A stretch of DNA of 64,000 bases from contig JAKLIW010000013.1 in assembly GCA_022709425.1 (NCBI GenBank), forward strand, positions 183 through 64,182, written 5' to 3'. This document shows, piece by piece, positions 61,249 through 64,000 of the stretch. The position numbers were made by a program, and so were the translations under genes. The notes beneath the pieces were generated by a model that saw nothing but the letters and a program-made list of their open reading frames with translations, ran no database searches and was not told the DNA's origin. Position 1 is the stretch's first letter. Each line of letters starts with the position of its first letter. The stretch is from a bacterium. Its GTDB lineage: Bacteria; UBP6; UBA1177; JAKLFG01.

Positions 61249-62457
61249 GTGAGAGAACAAGTTGTCGTTTCGCTCTTTGTGCCGTTCATCATCTTCTTGC
61301 TCGGGTGTGAGAATGGTTCGTCCCAGATCCATACCGACGGCACCGCTGACTCCGACGGCGTCGCCCCGACCGATAGCGATCAAACAACGACCGGCGATGC
61401 CGACGATACTCCAACCAATGACGCCCCGCTCAACGACACTACGACCGACACTGATACCACGGTTGAAAATGATGTCGTCCCTGATCAAGACCAAGATATC
61501 CCCCTCTCCTGCGGAAACGACACCATTGACTCGGGCGAAGTCTGTGACGGCGGGCTGATCTCTTGCACCGTGCTGGATGAGGCGCTTTATAAGGCCGGAA
61601 AGGCCACCTGCAAGACCGATTGTTCGGGCTGGGACACCGCGACCTGCGAAAAGAAGCCGGCCTGCGGGAACGGCGAGATTGAAGAGGGGGAAGTGTGTGA
61701 AGAGAGCAACCTCAAGGATTGCATCCTGATAGACAGCGACCTCTACCGCGGCGGGAAAGCCTACTGTAGCGATGATTGTACCGCGTGGGATACTTCGACC
61801 TGCGATACGGCCGTCGATAGCGATAACCGCGATAACGATACCCCCGATGTCGTGCAACCGGATGCCGACACAGACACCGCGGCATGCGATAATCCGAATG
61901 TCGGCAAGAACTGCAAGACCGATACCGAATGCGGCACCTGCCTTATCTGCGTGAACGCGAAATGCACCGCAGGCTGTCAATCCGATGCCGATTGTATGAA
62001 CTACGCCGGCACGAAATGCAATACGAAACTCAGTCGCTGCGTGAACACGACCGCCTCAAGCGGTGCCTGCAACCAGAGCAACTGCCCGAGCGGCTGCTGC
62101 TATGCGACGAAAGGCTTTCAGTCGGTCAAGTGCCTCATGACGGCGGCGCTCGCAACCTGCGGCATCTGCAAGCAGGGAGAGATCTATATGGACGGCAAAC
62201 AGTGCGTCCCAGCCGCATGCAGTACCGGCGACACCAAATGCCAGACCTACAATACCGCCGCGCCGGATCCCGAGTGTTACGAATGCAAAGCGGGAGAGTT
62301 GGTCTGCTACGATGACCCCGATTGTTCCAGTTCGACACTACGTTTACTGAGCGGATATCCCGTCAATTCGTTCGCCTGTGTCGCGGCAGGCAACTCTTGT
62401 GGCCCCAACGACTCCTGTTGTTCGGGTCAACCCTGCATTCAAGGCTATTGTTATTGA
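61249..62457 (+). CDS. Cys-rich lipoprotein with myxobacterial-type CGxxxxxxGEVC repeats, shared Cys module and knottin-like tail
   Basis: GTG after GGAGG; lipobox LLGC; CGNDTIDSGEVCDG, CGNGEIEEGEVCEE; tail CVAAGNSCGPNDSCCSGQPCIQGYCY. Confidence 0.8.
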   Translation: MREQVVVSLFVPFIIFLLGCENGSSQIHTDGTADSDGVAPTDSDQTTTGDADDTPTNDAPLNDTTTDTDTTVENDVVPDQDQDIPLSCGNDTIDSGEVCDGGLISCTVLDEALYKAGKATCKTDCSGWDTATCEKKPACGNGEIEEGEVCEESNLKDCILIDSDLYRGGKAYCSDDCTAWDTSTCDTAVDSDNRDNDTPDVVQPDADTDTAACDNPNVGKNCKTDTECGTCLICVNAKCTAGCQSDADCMNYAGTKCNTKLSRCVNTTASSGACNQSNCPSGCCYATKGFQSVKCLMTAALATCGICKQGEIYMDGKQCVPAACSTGDTKCQTYNTAAPDPECYECKAGELVCYDDPDCSSSTLRLLSGYPVNSFACVAAGNSCGPNDSCCSGQPCIQGYCY

Positions 62458-62478
62458 TGTGGATGTGAGGGAATAGTC

Positions 62479-63108
62479 ATGTACAAAGCTCTCCTCCTTG
62501 CATTCCTGCTTATTTTCGCCATCTCCTGCGAGAACGAGACCCATCTGCGGCTCGTGACCGATCAGGATATCTCCGGCGATACCGATCAGCCGACATCCGA
62601 CGACACGGCCGTCGTACCCGATGACCATGACACGACCGGACCCGACCAGAACGATGCCGCGACCCCGGACGACGATCTGAGCGTTCCCTGCGAACTCGAC
62701 AGCGAATGCGGCGACGGCGAGATATGCGTCCTCGGGAACTGTGCGCCGGGCTGTAAAGCGGACAAGGACTGCGCCGCCTATCCCGGCACCACCTGCAACA
62801 CCGAAACGAACCGCTGTCTCAACGAAACGGCGAACGACGGCGCCTGCAGCGAAAAGAACTGCCCCACCGGCTGCTGCTGGGCAGAACGGGGATTCGTGAC
62901 GCTCAAGTGTCTCATCCCCCCGGCCGTCAAGTACTGCGGCACCTGCGCGCAGGGCGAGGTATACATGGGTCAGAACACCTGTGTGCCGGCCGCCTGCTCG
63001 ACGAAAGATACTCTCTGTCAGACCTATAACTCCTATGATTCCCGCGCCGCCTGTTACGAATGCAAAACAGGCGATCTCCTCTGTTACGACAACCCCGCCT
63101 GCAACTGA
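62479..63108 (+). CDS. Cys-rich lipoprotein paralogue (22-Cys module, no tail)
   Basis: Lipobox AISC; acidic tether; GC..D.DC..Y.GT.CN..RC.N..GAC...NCP.GCC..GF..QGE.YM..CVPAAC..CYECK. Confidence 0.82.
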   Translation: MYKALLLAFLLIFAISCENETHLRLVTDQDISGDTDQPTSDDTAVVPDDHDTTGPDQNDAATPDDDLSVPCELDSECGDGEICVLGNCAPGCKADKDCAAYPGTTCNTETNRCLNETANDGACSEKNCPTGCCWAERGFVTLKCLIPPAVKYCGTCAQGEVYMGQNTCVPAACSTKDTLCQTYNSYDSRAACYECKTGDLLCYDNPACN

Positions 63109-63112
63109 GCCC

Positions 63113-63149
63113 CATGGAACTCATCGACACCGGGAAATGCATCGTCTGC
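63113..63149 (+). repeat. 37-bp direct repeat copy 1 (start of lipoprotein gene)
   Basis: CATGGAACTCATCGACACCGGGAAATGCATCGTCTGC; 36/37 identical to 63939-63975. Confidence 0.92.
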
Positions 63150-63938
63150 AAGGTCTTCTTTCTGACGATCACGGTTCTTTTTCTGTCATCCTGCGAATCG
63201 AACACTCACAAAACAGCGCTCGATAGCGACGCTACCGCCGACCAGACGGAGAACGACCCCGTGATCATACCGGATGACGATTCCGTTGCCGATACCGATG
63301 TTGACGCCTACGACGACGCACCTATTACCGACAACAGCGCGCCCGATGTCGATCTGCCCGACAACTGCAACACGTATAATATCGGCCGGAACTGCCTAGC
63401 TCCCGACGAATGCGGTGCCTGCCTCATTTGTGTCAAGGCAAAGTGCCAAATTGGATGCCTCCGCGATGACGACTGCGCCGCTTATCCGGGCACCCTGTGC
63501 AACCGCAAACTTGCCCGGTGTCTCAATGTCGTGGCCTCGGACGGCGCCTGCAACGAAACGAACTGCCCAGATGGCTGTTGCTACGCAGAGAAGGGCTTCA
63601 GGGAGCTTAGGTGTCTGCAAAGTCCCGAACTGACAAAGTGCAGTGTCTGCGATCAGGGAGAGGTCAACATGGGCGAGGGGTACTGTGTGCCAGCCGCCTG
63701 TTCGACGACAGACACCAAATGTCAGGATTACAACACGTATACCGGGAAAACACCTGCCTGTTATGAATGCAAGGGAAACGAACTGATATGTTACGAGGAT
63801 TGCAATAACCCCGGATGCGACTGCGGAACTACGCTTATGCCGGTGAATCTGAGAAAGTGTGTCGCGGCGGGTGAAACCTGCACCAAAAACGACGAATGTT
63901 GCTCCAACCAACCCTGCATACAAGGATTCTGTTACTGA
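63114..63938 (+). CDS. Cys-rich lipoprotein paralogue with knottin-like tail and thioesterase-derived N-terminus
   Basis: MELIDTGKCIVC-KVFFLTITVLFLSSC; same Cys module; tail CVAAGETCTKNDECCSNQPCIQGFCY. Confidence 0.82.
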   Translation: MELIDTGKCIVCKVFFLTITVLFLSSCESNTHKTALDSDATADQTENDPVIIPDDDSVADTDVDAYDDAPITDNSAPDVDLPDNCNTYNIGRNCLAPDECGACLICVKAKCQIGCLRDDDCAAYPGTLCNRKLARCLNVVASDGACNETNCPDGCCYAEKGFRELRCLQSPELTKCSVCDQGEVNMGEGYCVPAACSTTDTKCQDYNTYTGKTPACYECKGNELICYEDCNNPGCDCGTTLMPVNLRKCVAAGETCTKNDECCSNQPCIQGFCY

Positions 63939-63975
63939 CATGGAACTCATCGACACCGGCAAATGCATCGTCTGC
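63939..63975 (+). repeat. 37-bp direct repeat copy 2 (start of thioesterase gene)
   Basis: CATGGAACTCATCGACACCGGCAAATGCATCGTCTGC. Confidence 0.92.
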
Positions 63976-64000
63976 GGGAAGGATAACCCGCACGGTTTTC
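63940..64000 (+). CDS. PaaI-family (hotdog) thioesterase, 5' fragment running off the window
   Basis: MELIDTGKCIVCGKDNPHGF matches the CxxCGxxNPxG N-terminal motif of PaaI-like thioesterases. Only 20 codons visible. Confidence 0.65.
   Translation, partial: MELIDTGKCIVCGKDNPHGF

Overview
High-GC bacterial chromosomal window from a diderm (TonB receptor, many lipoproteins). It is probably an anaerobe with deltaproteobacterial/myxobacterial-like surface proteins, which is an inference. Housekeeping genes: purQ/purL, cysE, hppA, rlmI, tmRNA (tag ANNELALAA), lexA, dnaG-rpoD, folC-recN, a split methylmalonyl-CoA mutase, secA, a pseudouridine synthase, a probable 6S RNA and an acyl-CoA ligase. Best candidate for an undescribed system: a co-oriented 8-gene redox cluster (28867->20710). 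A HydC/HydB/NuoG-GltD (Bfu/NfnABC-type, bifurcation-signature) soluble module sits where nqrA/rnfC would be, followed by nqrB (short, RnfD-sized), nqrC, nqrD, nqrE and nqrF. Second theme: about 15 lipoproteins, most with Asp-rich tethers and Cys-rich, vWA, propeller or knottin-like domains. Several are bounded by 22-37 bp direct repeats that duplicate a neighbouring promoter or gene start, and several lie beside toxin-antitoxin-like genes. One lipoprotein begins with the first 12 codons of the thioesterase gene behind it. The window starts in an orphan Rhs-HEXXH metallopeptidase toxin with a coupled lipoprotein immunity candidate that the ORF track misses. No CRISPR array, rRNA, tRNA, transposase or integrase was seen. 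All family calls come from motifs recognised by eye; no database search was run.
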